NCBI GenBank assembly: GCA_963677105.1
Contig: OY781871.1
Location: 469,090-509,089 of the forward strand
From: Candidatus Altimarinota bacterium
GTDB taxonomy: Bacteria > Patescibacteriota > Gracilibacteria > UBA4473
DNA: 40,000 bases
Direction of reading: 5' to 3'
Shown here: positions 17,165-26,205 of the stretch, one piece after another
Position numbering within the stretch: the stretch's first letter is position 1
Layout of the letters: the number at the start of each line of letters is the position of its first letter
The notes under the pieces: generated by a model
What the model was told of the DNA's origin: nothing
The model's database searches: none
The model's input: only the letters and a program-made list of their open reading frames with translations
Program-made: the position numbers and the translations under genes

Positions 17165-18301
17165 ATGAAAAAAGTTCTCTTATCACTTTTCGGAATATTT
17201 CTCTGTATTAGTAATTCCCAAGCACAAAGAATTCCAACCTTTGAATTGTTTTATGGAGCGGAATGCCCTCATTGTCACGATGAAATTGAATGGCTCGAAA
17301 TTATACAAAAATCACATCCCGATCTTATCATAAATAAATATGAAGTTTGGCATAATGCGGAAAATCGAACACTCTTAGCACAACGAGCAAAAGAATTAAA
17401 TGTTATTCCGAATGGAGTGCCTTTTAATGTGATTGGAAACACGGTAATCTCAGGATTTCAACGAGAAATATTATTGAAAACACTTCATGAAGAATTTGGA
17501 TTTGAAACAGGTGATTCTTGTGGACTGGAAAAAGAGGAGGAAATTTGCACCTCTCCTAAATGGGAAAAATGGCTCAAATCTTCGTGGCCAATCATGGCGC
17601 TTGCGTTGGGACTTACTGATGGATTCAATCCTTGTGCGATGTGGTCACTTTTCGTGTTACTTGGATTTTTACTCGGACTTGAATCAAAAAAGAGACGCTG
17701 GCTTATTGGAGGAGTATTTATTTCCAGTTCGGGAATTTTATACTTCGCGGCATTGTTAACATATCTCCTTGGGTTTGGAGAGGTTTCTGCACTTATGGCA
17801 ACAAGCACTATGGACTGGGTTTTCCGTGGAGTTGGGGTTCTCGCGCTTGCAACGGGAATACAAACTTTATGGGTTGCTCATCGTGCACAGATAGAATGCT
17901 CTGTTCGTGATGCAACAAGTCGAAAAAAATTTTCTGAACGCATGCATTCTGTTCTTGAAAAGAAAAACCTTTGGCTCGTATTATTGGGAGTAATTGGACT
18001 CGCGTTTAGCGTTAATTCTGTTGAGCTACTCTGTTCCTTTGCAATCCCAACTACGTTTACTGCAACGCTTATATCAATGAAGCTTTCAATGTGGCAACAA
18101 CTTTCCGCAATTGGACTCTATGATTTAGCGTATATGTTTGACGATATTCTTGTATTCACGATTGCTATGTGGACGCTCTCTTTAAAAGTTTTCTCGCCAA
18201 AAATCATGCAATGGTCACACGTTATCGGTGGACTTCTTTTGTTAATAATCGGAGGAACACTGGCTATTGATCCTTCTTTTCTGAGTCTCCTTGTAAAATA
18301 A
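17165..18301 (+). CDS. Exported thioredoxin-fold (CPHC) domain fused to a DsbD/CcdA-like membrane domain
   Basis: Signal peptide MKKVLLSLFGIFLCISNSQAQ, then FELFYGAECPHCHDE, then a polytopic region with LTDGFNPCAMWSL and VELLCSFAIP. The start is trimmed to 17165. Confidence 0.6.
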   Translation: MKKVLLSLFGIFLCISNSQAQRIPTFELFYGAECPHCHDEIEWLEIIQKSHPDLIINKYEVWHNAENRTLLAQRAKELNVIPNGVPFNVIGNTVISGFQREILLKTLHEEFGFETGDSCGLEKEEEICTSPKWEKWLKSSWPIMALALGLTDGFNPCAMWSLFVLLGFLLGLESKKRRWLIGGVFISSSGILYFAALLTYLLGFGEVSALMATSTMDWVFRGVGVLALATGIQTLWVAHRAQIECSVRDATSRKKFSERMHSVLEKKNLWLVLLGVIGLAFSVNSVELLCSFAIPTTFTATLISMKLSMWQQLSAIGLYDLAYMFDDILVFTIAMWTLSLKVFSPKIMQWSHVIGGLLLLIIGGTLAIDPSFLSLLVK

Positions 18302-18357
18302 AATTTCGTAAAGAATTCTCTTGCCAATAATTCGCAATCTTGCTAACGTCGCGCTCG

Positions 18358-18786
18358 ATGAGTGATTTTCTATTATCAGTTCAAGCCATATTCGTTGCTC
18401 GTGGATGGCGCGTAACCGCAGGAGTACAAAATGTTGTTCGTATATTAGAACAGTCTCAAATCCCTATTTCTTCTGCAGAAATTTGTGCACAACTCGAAAA
18501 GGAAGGACGACCAATTGATCTCACTACCGTGTATCGAATTCTGGATAGATTAATCTCTATTCACCTTTTGCATTCATTAAATGGAAAATTTATTCGTTGC
18601 TCTGATCCCGAAAATAAAAGTGACTCTCATCACTTTCTGATCTGCGATGATTGTGGAAAAGCTGAAGAGATTTTCCTTGATTATTTTAAGTCAATCGAAC
18701 AACAGCTTCAACGAGAAAAGAAGTTCCAATTGCGAGAAGTTGATATGAATTTTTTGGGACTTTGTTCTCATTGTCGGAAAAATTGA
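18358..18786 (+). CDS. Fur-family metalloregulator (Fur/Zur/PerR)
   Basis: Winged-helix LTTVYRILDRLISIHLLH and metal sites HHFLICDDCGK and CSHC. A putative promoter has TTGCCA (18321-18326), a 17-nt spacer and TAACGT, then 8 nt to the ATG. Confidence 0.8.
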   Translation: MSDFLLSVQAIFVARGWRVTAGVQNVVRILEQSQIPISSAEICAQLEKEGRPIDLTTVYRILDRLISIHLLHSLNGKFIRCSDPENKSDSHHFLICDDCGKAEEIFLDYFKSIEQQLQREKKFQLREVDMNFLGLCSHCRKN

Positions 18787-18952
18787 CAATTCTGGAAAAC
18801 CGCGTAAAATCAGGGCGAAATTGAGTTGTTAATACGATTTTTTCTATATATTTTTTATAAATCACCCCATTCTCAGGAGATTCTTGAGAAAGTGTGTGTG
18901 GATCAATCATAGCGAACTCCGTTTCCCTTGATTTTTTTAAACCAATCTTGAT

Positions 18953-20494
18953 ATGGAAACCTTAACCTTTCTTCTGCCAATCGGAGGATTAGCATTGGGC
19001 TTGGGACTTTCTTGGATGCTCATGCGTCCTCGCACAAAGTCAATCGAGTCTGCTGCTCGCCGAGAAGCAGAACAACTTCGTGGAACCGCTCAAAAAGAAA
19101 GTGAGCGATTATTGCAAGATGCTCGAAAACACGTTGAACAGCTTCGTGCAGACGTACACAGAGAAGACAAGCAAATGCGTGAACGATTAGAAAACGTTCA
19201 AGCAAAAATGGATGAACGTATCGCAAAACGTGAAGCCCAACTTGATGAAAAAATAGAGCGCTCTGAAAGTGCTCGGGAACGATATGAAAACGAAAAACGT
19301 CTACTAGAGGAAAAGCAAGAAGCGCTTGCAAAACAACTTGAGGAGCAGGCAACAGCATTAGAGAAAATTTCTAAACTTTCTCGAATAGAGGCAAAACAGG
19401 AACTTATTAATCGTGTTGAAAGTGAGGTCTCTGACGAATTAGCCGAAACTTTACGACGGAAAGTTGATTTAATGCGAGACTCCGCTGATGAAGAATCATC
19501 CAACATTATTGTACAAGCGTTACAACGATATGCTGCTCCAGTAACAGCTGAAGCAACTGTCAGTGTTCTAAAAATTGAGTCCGATTCATTAAAGGGAAAG
19601 ATTATCGGTCGTGAAGGACGAAACATCAATGCCTTTGAGCAAATGACCGGAGTAGATGTTATCATTGATGATACGCCAGGAACTATTACGATTTCATCGT
19701 TCGATCAATTCCGTCGACACGTAGCAAAAGTAGCCCTCGAGGCATTAATTAAAGATGGACGAATTCATCCATCAAAAATTGAAGAAATGGTACAAAAGGC
19801 GCAGGAACGTTCTGAAAAAATGCTCCAGGAATTGGGACAACAAGCGGCGCAAGAACTGGGGATTGCCAGTTTGCCAACTCAAATATTAAAGCTTATTGGA
19901 CGACTTCGATTCCGTACGTCATACGGACAAAATGTGTTGGCTCACTCTATCGAAGTAGCTTATTTGGCGGAAGCGATTGCAGAACAAATTCCAGGAGCAA
20001 ATCCTGATATTTGTAAAAAGGCTGGACTTGTCCATGATATCGGAAAATCTGTAAGCCATGAAGTAGAAGGAGGACATGCACTTATCGGAATGGAGATTTT
20101 AGAAAAATTCGGAATAGAAAAGGCTGTAATAGTAGCAATGAAGTCTCACCACGAGGACTTTCCTTATGAATCTATTGAGGCTCGTATTTTGCAGGCTGCA
20201 GATGCGATTAGTGCATCACGACCAGGAGCACGAAGAGAAACACTTGAAAAATATATTAAACGACTCAAGGAACTTGAAGCTATTGCTTCAGGATTCGATG
20301 GAATTGAAAAAGTGTTCGCAATTCAAGCAGGACGTGAGGTACGAGTATTTGTAAATGCCGCAAACGTAGATGATTTACAATCAGAAAAACTTTCTTTTGA
20401 AATCGCCCGAAAGATTGAAAAATCGTGTGAATATCCTGGAGAGGTTCGTGTCGCCGTATTCAGAGAAAGCCGCTATGACAGCGTCGCAAAATAG
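18953..20494 (+). CDS. rny: Ribonuclease Y
   Basis: N-terminal TM segment, coiled coil, KH domain (GKIIGREGRNINAFEQMTGVDVIIDD) and HD domain (HSIEVAYLAE...GLVHDIGK). Confidence 0.93.
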   Translation: METLTFLLPIGGLALGLGLSWMLMRPRTKSIESAARREAEQLRGTAQKESERLLQDARKHVEQLRADVHREDKQMRERLENVQAKMDERIAKREAQLDEKIERSESARERYENEKRLLEEKQEALAKQLEEQATALEKISKLSRIEAKQELINRVESEVSDELAETLRRKVDLMRDSADEESSNIIVQALQRYAAPVTAEATVSVLKIESDSLKGKIIGREGRNINAFEQMTGVDVIIDDTPGTITISSFDQFRRHVAKVALEALIKDGRIHPSKIEEMVQKAQERSEKMLQELGQQAAQELGIASLPTQILKLIGRLRFRTSYGQNVLAHSIEVAYLAEAIAEQIPGANPDICKKAGLVHDIGKSVSHEVEGGHALIGMEILEKFGIEKAVIVAMKSHHEDFPYESIEARILQAADAISASRPGARRETLEKYIKRLKELEAIASGFDGIEKVFAIQAGREVRVFVNAANVDDLQSEKLSFEIARKIEKSCEYPGEVRVAVFRESRYDSVAK

Positions 20495-20520
20495 TTTTTG
20501 CAAACAATTTGTAATAATTT

Positions 20521-20550
20521 AAACCTGGGATAAATCCTGGGTTTATTTTT
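20521..20550 (+). terminator. Rho-independent terminator after rny (between convergent rny and trmB)
   Basis: AAACCTGGGA-TAAA-TCCTGGGTTT (10 bp, 2 G-U pairs), then ATTTTTATTT. Confidence 0.6.
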
Positions 20551-21151
20551 ATTTACGCTTAAACATAACGCGCCAAATATCATCTCCCTCTAATAATTTC
20601 TGCTTTTCCCAATGAGTTGGAATCCCATGTATCGATGTATTGAACTTTTCTGTAAATTTATATGACGTCTGCTGTACTTCCTCCAATGTTTCATCAAACA
20701 GGAATTTCTGATCTGTTTGAAAAATAAATCGAACATCAACAGGAAGCCATTTTGAGCATTCTTGCAAGAATTTTGCATTTATAAAACGTCGTTTTTTATG
20801 TTTCTCTTTAAACCATGGATCGGGGAAATTTACAAAAATTTCTTCAATTATTGCCCCTTGATCCAGACACGGTTCTAAAATAGTACGAAAGTTTCGTGCG
20901 GCGTCTCCATCGAAGACGACAACGTTTTCTTTGTCAGAAAATTTCTCAGCAAGTTTTTGAGCCAGTGGTCGACGTATTTCAAAAAGTATAAAATTGTGGT
21001 CTGGAAATTTTTCTATAAGTTCTGCTGCAAACTCTCCTTTACATGCGCCAACGTCTACAAATATTGGACGATCGTTTCCAAATCCGTTGAACGAGTGTTT
21101 AATGAGAATAGAAAGGGGATTTACATGATTTCGAACTCGTTTCTGTGGCAT
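20549..21151 (-). CDS. trmB: tRNA (guanine-N7)-methyltransferase
   Basis: FVDVGACKGEF (SAM-binding motif) and IFVNFPDPWFKEKHKKRR. Confidence 0.88.
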   Translation of the reverse strand: MPQKRVRNHVNPLSILIKHSFNGFGNDRPIFVDVGACKGEFAAELIEKFPDHNFILFEIRRPLAQKLAEKFSDKENVVVFDGDAARNFRTILEPCLDQGAIIEEIFVNFPDPWFKEKHKKRRFINAKFLQECSKWLPVDVRFIFQTDQKFLFDETLEEVQQTSYKFTEKFNTSIHGIPTHWEKQKLLEGDDIWRVMFKRK

Positions 21152-21456
21152 ATTGATTCAGTTCTCAAATATAAAACTACAAATTCCAATTATCTCTTCT
21201 TTTATAGTCACGATAATTTTCTTGTTTCTAGTAAATTTCGCAAGTTTTCAAGAGGCTTCTTAAAATTTTGACAAAACAATCAATCGACAATAATCTTCCT
21301 CTGAAATGATTATTATTTTCAAACAACATCGCGGTTGTCGTCCCACAGGAAAAGGACGGAAAGAAATTTGATAAATAACATCGTGGATTCTTCCACTCTT
21401 TATGCGGAACAGATAGGTTTGTTCCCAACCATTTTTAACTTTTAACTCCCTAAAAA

Positions 21457-22734
21457 ATGAGCTCTCCACAACAAATACCTTTTATTGAAAAACAAGACGC
21501 AGAAATTGCAGCAGCAATTCGCGGTGAAGAAAAACGAGAAAGAGAAGGACTCGAACTTATTCCCTCAGAAAACTATGTATCAAAAGCTGTCCTCGAAGCA
21601 GACGGTTCTGTTTTCACAAATAAATATTCTGAAGGATATCCCGGACGTCGATATTACGGTGGACAAGAATACACAGACATCGTTGAGCGAATCGCAATAG
21701 AACGCGCTTGTAAGCTTTTTAACTGTAAATATGCAAACGTACAACCGCTCTCTGGAGCACCAGCAAACGTAGCGATGTATTTTGCTCTCTGTAAACCTGG
21801 CGATACAATTCTTGGAATGGATCTCGGGCACGGAGGACATTTGACTCACGGACATCCGGTAACACATTTAGCGAAAATTTTTAACTTCGTGCGATACGGG
21901 ATGAAAGATCCTGAAACAGGGGAAATTGATTATGAAGCACTCAGAGAAACGGCTCTTCGGGAAAAACCAAAAATGATTCTCGCTGGATTTTCTGCTTACT
22001 CACGAGAACTTGAGTATGAAAAGTTTGTAGAAATTGCAAAAGAAGTTGGTGCGATTACTGTTGCTGACATGGCACATATTGCAGGACTTATAGCCGGGAA
22101 AGCGGTGAAGAATCCATTTGATTATGGATTTGATGTTATCACGACCACAACTCATAAAACGCTTCGTGGACCACGTGGAGGAATGATTCTGACTCGGGAA
22201 AATGAAGATTACGCAAAAGCAATTAATAAATCTGTCTTCCCTGGATTACAGGGGGGACCTCACATGCATTTAATTGCTGGAAAGGCTGTTGCATTTGGTG
22301 AAGCTTTAAAGCCAGAGTTTCAAGAATATGCACAACAGGTATTGAAAAACGCAAAAGCAATGGAAAAAGTATTCCTCGACGGAGGCGTACGACTTCTTGG
22401 AGGAGGAACCTCTAATCATCTACTCTTGGCTGATGTGTTTGGGTCTCTTGGTGTAACTGGAAAAGATGCACAAATGGCTCTTGATGAGGTTGGAATAACG
22501 CTCAATATGAATTCCATTGCAGATGATCCACGAAAGCCGCTAGATCCTTCTGGAATTCGATTTGGAACACCAGCAGCAACTACACGAGGATTTAAGGAAG
22601 AAGACTGTGCTCAAGTAGCAGAACTTATGCTTGCTGTATTGAACAACATTGAAGACGAGAAAATAAAGAAAAATGTACGCGAAGAAATTAAAGAGCTCTG
22701 TGTTTCTCATCCAATTCCTGAAAGTTTCGTCTAG
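21457..22734 (+). CDS. glyA: Serine hydroxymethyltransferase
   Basis: LIPSENYVS, YSEGYPGRRYYGG and TTTTHKTLRGPRGG (PLP-binding lysine). Confidence 0.95.
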   Translation: MSSPQQIPFIEKQDAEIAAAIRGEEKREREGLELIPSENYVSKAVLEADGSVFTNKYSEGYPGRRYYGGQEYTDIVERIAIERACKLFNCKYANVQPLSGAPANVAMYFALCKPGDTILGMDLGHGGHLTHGHPVTHLAKIFNFVRYGMKDPETGEIDYEALRETALREKPKMILAGFSAYSRELEYEKFVEIAKEVGAITVADMAHIAGLIAGKAVKNPFDYGFDVITTTTHKTLRGPRGGMILTRENEDYAKAINKSVFPGLQGGPHMHLIAGKAVAFGEALKPEFQEYAQQVLKNAKAMEKVFLDGGVRLLGGGTSNHLLLADVFGSLGVTGKDAQMALDEVGITLNMNSIADDPRKPLDPSGIRFGTPAATTRGFKEEDCAQVAELMLAVLNNIEDEKIKKNVREEIKELCVSHPIPESFV

Positions 22735-22757
22735 ACCTCAATACTATTTTATGAAAT

Positions 22758-22790
22758 AAAAAAAACACCCCCGAAGGGGTGTTTTTATTT
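22758..22790. terminator. Bidirectional rho-independent terminator (glyA / giant minus-strand gene)
   Basis: A-run, CACCCC-CGAA-GGGGTG stem-loop (22766-22781), then TTTTTATTT. Confidence 0.85.
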
Positions 22791-22816
22791 TCTTTGTTTC
22801 CTTTCTTATCTTAATC

Positions 22817-25800
22817 TTAGTTACATAATGGTTGTGGCGTAAACATTCCACAAGTTCCGGCAGAAGGAGGCGTAAAGGATCCTGCTGGTAGATAGATTAA
22901 GTGTTTATCGGTCTGTAGGTTCTGCATTCCCGTGAGAGCATTGACTCCTTTCATTACATTCGCATTCCCGTCAACAATTGCAGAAACTTTGTTATTATCA
23001 TTAATTGTACATTCTTCAATTATTACTGGTTTTTCTGTTTCAGAACAATATTTATCAGCAACTATCCCTCCTAAACTACTTGAACAACTCACTTTGCGGG
23101 CCCTATATAACACTGGTGAAGCCAATGAAGCACTCGTCAAGGCTGTTTCAACTGTACTTAATTCAATTCCTGTCGAAGACATAAATCCTCCTCCCGATAC
23201 TCCTACGTCTCGACTTGCAACGGAAGTGGCATGACTAATATCATCAATCAGTGCTACTGCTTCTATCGCAGCAATTTGCTCAAGTCTTTCGTCCACCGTC
23301 ATTGGAGTTCCTTCTACTATATCTATCAATGAAGCCCTTGAAAGAGAACTCGATAATCCTGCTGCAGTTAAAACTTGTTCCTTTTTCTGTGTCAAATTTG
23401 TAACTGCTGCTGCTGCTGACTGTTGAACTGATTTCTCTGCTGCTATTACGTTCGCTACTCGTTGATTATTTCCACAATTTCCCCATTCTCCTACTTCCCA
23501 GTCATATGTAACCTTTGTTAGTGTACAGTCTTCTACGCTCGCTGGACGAGCACTGACCGAACTACTAAGTTTGTCTGTACAGAATGAATCTTCTACCACT
23601 TTCCCTGTATTTATGTGTACACAGTCCACGTCTCGTGTTCGAATAGGGATTTTGTTTTTGGCTACTGAGGAATAGAGTGTTGCACCACTTCTTGCTGAAG
23701 AAGATGTCACTAGATACGCCTCCTTTATTTGTGCTGAAATCTCTTCTATATCTTCCTTCACTTTTAGTGCCGCTTTTTCTAATCCTGTTCTTCTCTTTGA
23801 TAACACTGGAGTAGTTGTACTCACTGCTATATTATTTTTTGCTGTCTCAAGTTTCGTGTATTTTTTCTCGAGTTTTTGCTTCACTATTTCTATAGAAGAA
23901 TCTGCATCAGGTCCACATGGACTCCATTTTCCCAATCTCCATTCATAGTCATCCTCAAGTTCACACTCCATCATAGACACTGGTCTTGATGAACTAAATG
24001 TTGTGAGCTCATTACTGCTTTCACAGAAAGAATCTTCTACGATTTTTTTATCTGAACGCTGACAACTTACGTCTCTGTATTTATATGGCAATCCACCATC
24101 ATTCACTTCTTGGTTCACTATTGATACAGCTTCACTAAAAGTAAGTGTAGATTTTGTTGCATCTGTTATCGTCGTCGTATCAGGACTTCCACTAATCGCT
24201 ATTTTCTCATATTTTCTCGCTTTTTTTGCATTAATTGCCTTTGTATATTTTCGAAATTTAGCATTTACTCGAGCTTGAACACGAGCTGTCTCATCGCTTG
24301 AAGCAGAAATCGAAATCACTGCATCTGACGGACTTGACCAAGATGGCAATGATGAAAAGTTCTCGTTTGCCTGTGCCACGAACTTCGCCCGTGCAGATTC
24401 TAATTTTGCAATCTCTTCATCTGCTGTTTCTTTTTCTTTCTCTCTTCTTGAAACATATAATTTCACGCTTTCTGGTTTTCCTGCACAGTCGCTCCAATCA
24501 CCAGTAATCCATGAATATGTATATTTCACTTCATTGTCATACAATTTACATGTTTGACTCGATTTCGGTCGCTCTGTTCCCGCACAATACACCTCTGATT
24601 GAAGTGATCCAAATTCACTAAGACAAAGTACGCTTCTAAACTGAATTCCTACTGGAACTGAAACAGCTTCCTCCACTGAAATATCACTATCCACTAAAGC
24701 GTTTATTGCAAGCACCACATCTTCTTTCACTTTATTTTTCAATGACACTGCTTTCGTCAAGCTTTCACTGCTGCTAGACAACGTACTTCCAGCTCCTGAA
24801 GTATAATATGTCACCATTTGTTCTGCTGCACGTAACTCTTTTTCTAAGTCCTCTACTTTTTCATTAAGATCAACTTTTTCTGCTCCACACGGTCCCCATC
24901 GTCCTACGCTCCATGTTCCTGGGATGCTTACGAGTGGATCTTCTGCTCCGAAAATGTTTCCTGTTTTCATTGATTGCACTCCCGCTCCGAGCTCGTTCAC
25001 AGCGTAAACAAAGATATCATATTTCTTTCCCGCTTCTGGCTTTGGCGTACCTGTTACGTCCCATGTATATGCTCCTTCTCCTTCTGCTACGTCAAAACAT
25101 GTTGTCCCCAAAGATTCTCCTTGCACACACACTTTGTAGGTACTAATTGTACCGTATCCTTTTTGAGCTTCTGTACTCAAGTCTGTCCAAGTAACTGTAA
25201 ATCCATTTGCTTGAGACTCAATCGCTAAATCTGCTGGTGCCAATGGAATAGTCACAAAATTCAAGTTCAAAAGATTTCCTTCTTTATACAAATCTCCTGT
25301 GAAGTTAATATTTCCTCTTATGTCCAATGCTTCTGTTGGAACGGTTGTCGGAAGAAGGTTTATTCCTACCTTTGATGTTCCCGCTAATGAGTCAGCTAGC
25401 CGAACTGTCGGCGCTGTAACCGAAATTTTTGTGTTCGCCCCTGGTAGCCCTGCCAATGTTGCAATATTAATATCTCCCGTTGAATCATTCTGAATTAATA
25501 TATCTTTATCTAGTCCTCCAGCAATTTTCATGCTTAAGTCTTCGCTTAATGAAGAAATGTCTAACTGCTCACTCTGAGAACTCAATATTATCTTTCCTGA
25601 ATTCCTGCTTAACACCTCTGCTCCATCATCTCCCATTCGAATTGTATTGTTCCCAACATGAAGATCCTCTACCCAAAGATTTCCAAACCATTTATCTGCG
25701 GCCCCAATATTTCGAGTAGAAATAACTCCCGTCGCTCCTGTCATATTTGGCAATATGTCTGAAGTAACATCTGTAAGATCTGCTCCACTTCCACCTGATA

Positions 25801-26179
25801 TATCCGTTCCACAGGTAAATACTCCCGAAGCATCAACTGCCTGAAGTTGTTCTCCTGATGCACATGTCAGAGCCGTAACCCCTGAACCACCTGCCGGCCA
25901 AGCTGTTATACAGTCTGTATTTATACAAAATTCTGGCGCAGTTAATTTTGTAACAGATGTATCATTTAAATCTAATCCTGTAATTTTCCCGCTTCCATCA
26001 ATATCTACTCCTGTAAATACTTCTGTTACCTCGTTTATCGCAGACGTTATATCGTTAAACTCGTACGCAGAAACGGGGTCACTTGCTGATTTTTCTGGAA
26101 AATTGAGGGAACTAATCTGAGCACTCGCGTTGCTCATTATAAGTACCCCGACGAGGCCGAGAAGAAGCGTTTTTTTCAT
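22817..26179 (-). CDS. Giant secreted protein: signal peptide, fibre-like N-terminal region, FN3 domain, four split thrombospondin-type-1-like Cys modules
   Basis: Signal peptide MKKTLLLGLVGVLIMSNASAQ (start trimmed to 26179). FN3-like region at aa 321-415 of the track ORF (nt 24962-25246). Four repeats of Y-x-W-x-x-G-x-W-S/G-x-C-G ... R-x-V-x-C ... C ... (R/K)-P ... C (nt 23009-24916). Confidence 0.8.
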   Translation of the reverse strand: MKKTLLLGLVGVLIMSNASAQISSLNFPEKSASDPVSAYEFNDITSAINEVTEVFTGVDIDGSGKITGLDLNDTSVTKLTAPEFCINTDCITAWPAGGSGVTALTCASGEQLQAVDASGVFTCGTDISGGSGADLTDVTSDILPNMTGATGVISTRNIGAADKWFGNLWVEDLHVGNNTIRMGDDGAEVLSRNSGKIILSSQSEQLDISSLSEDLSMKIAGGLDKDILIQNDSTGDINIATLAGLPGANTKISVTAPTVRLADSLAGTSKVGINLLPTTVPTEALDIRGNINFTGDLYKEGNLLNLNFVTIPLAPADLAIESQANGFTVTWTDLSTEAQKGYGTISTYKVCVQGESLGTTCFDVAEGEGAYTWDVTGTPKPEAGKKYDIFVYAVNELGAGVQSMKTGNIFGAEDPLVSIPGTWSVGRWGPCGAEKVDLNEKVEDLEKELRAAEQMVTYYTSGAGSTLSSSSESLTKAVSLKNKVKEDVVLAINALVDSDISVEEAVSVPVGIQFRSVLCLSEFGSLQSEVYCAGTERPKSSQTCKLYDNEVKYTYSWITGDWSDCAGKPESVKLYVSRREKEKETADEEIAKLESARAKFVAQANENFSSLPSWSSPSDAVISISASSDETARVQARVNAKFRKYTKAINAKKARKYEKIAISGSPDTTTITDATKSTLTFSEAVSIVNQEVNDGGLPYKYRDVSCQRSDKKIVEDSFCESSNELTTFSSSRPVSMMECELEDDYEWRLGKWSPCGPDADSSIEIVKQKLEKKYTKLETAKNNIAVSTTTPVLSKRRTGLEKAALKVKEDIEEISAQIKEAYLVTSSSARSGATLYSSVAKNKIPIRTRDVDCVHINTGKVVEDSFCTDKLSSSVSARPASVEDCTLTKVTYDWEVGEWGNCGNNQRVANVIAAEKSVQQSAAAAVTNLTQKKEQVLTAAGLSSSLSRASLIDIVEGTPMTVDERLEQIAAIEAVALIDDISHATSVASRDVGVSGGGFMSSTGIELSTVETALTSASLASPVLYRARKVSCSSSLGGIVADKYCSETEKPVIIEECTINDNNKVSAIVDGNANVMKGVNALTGMQNLQTDKHLIYLPAGSFTPPSAGTCGMFTPQPLCN

Positions 26180-26196
26180 GTGTGTTTGTGTGAAAA

Positions 26197-26205
26197 ATTG
26201 TATCA
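26197..26205 (-). promoter_or_regulatory. Extended -10 promoter element for the giant minus-strand gene
   Basis: The minus strand reads TGaTACAAT. It is 17 nt upstream of the ATG at 26179, and the short leader is CA-rich (CACACAAACACAC). Confidence 0.4.

Noticed and set aside
19198-19665. Long antisense or overlapping ORFs inside well-supported genes (for example 19198-19665 and 19020-19358 in rny; 2310-2795; 37418-37768; 37957-38328; 28507-28740; 32376-32780; 35481-35776).
   Set aside because: They lie opposite or out of frame to genes with clear family signatures, are low-complexity or compositionally biased, and have no start context. They are treated as shadow ORFs.
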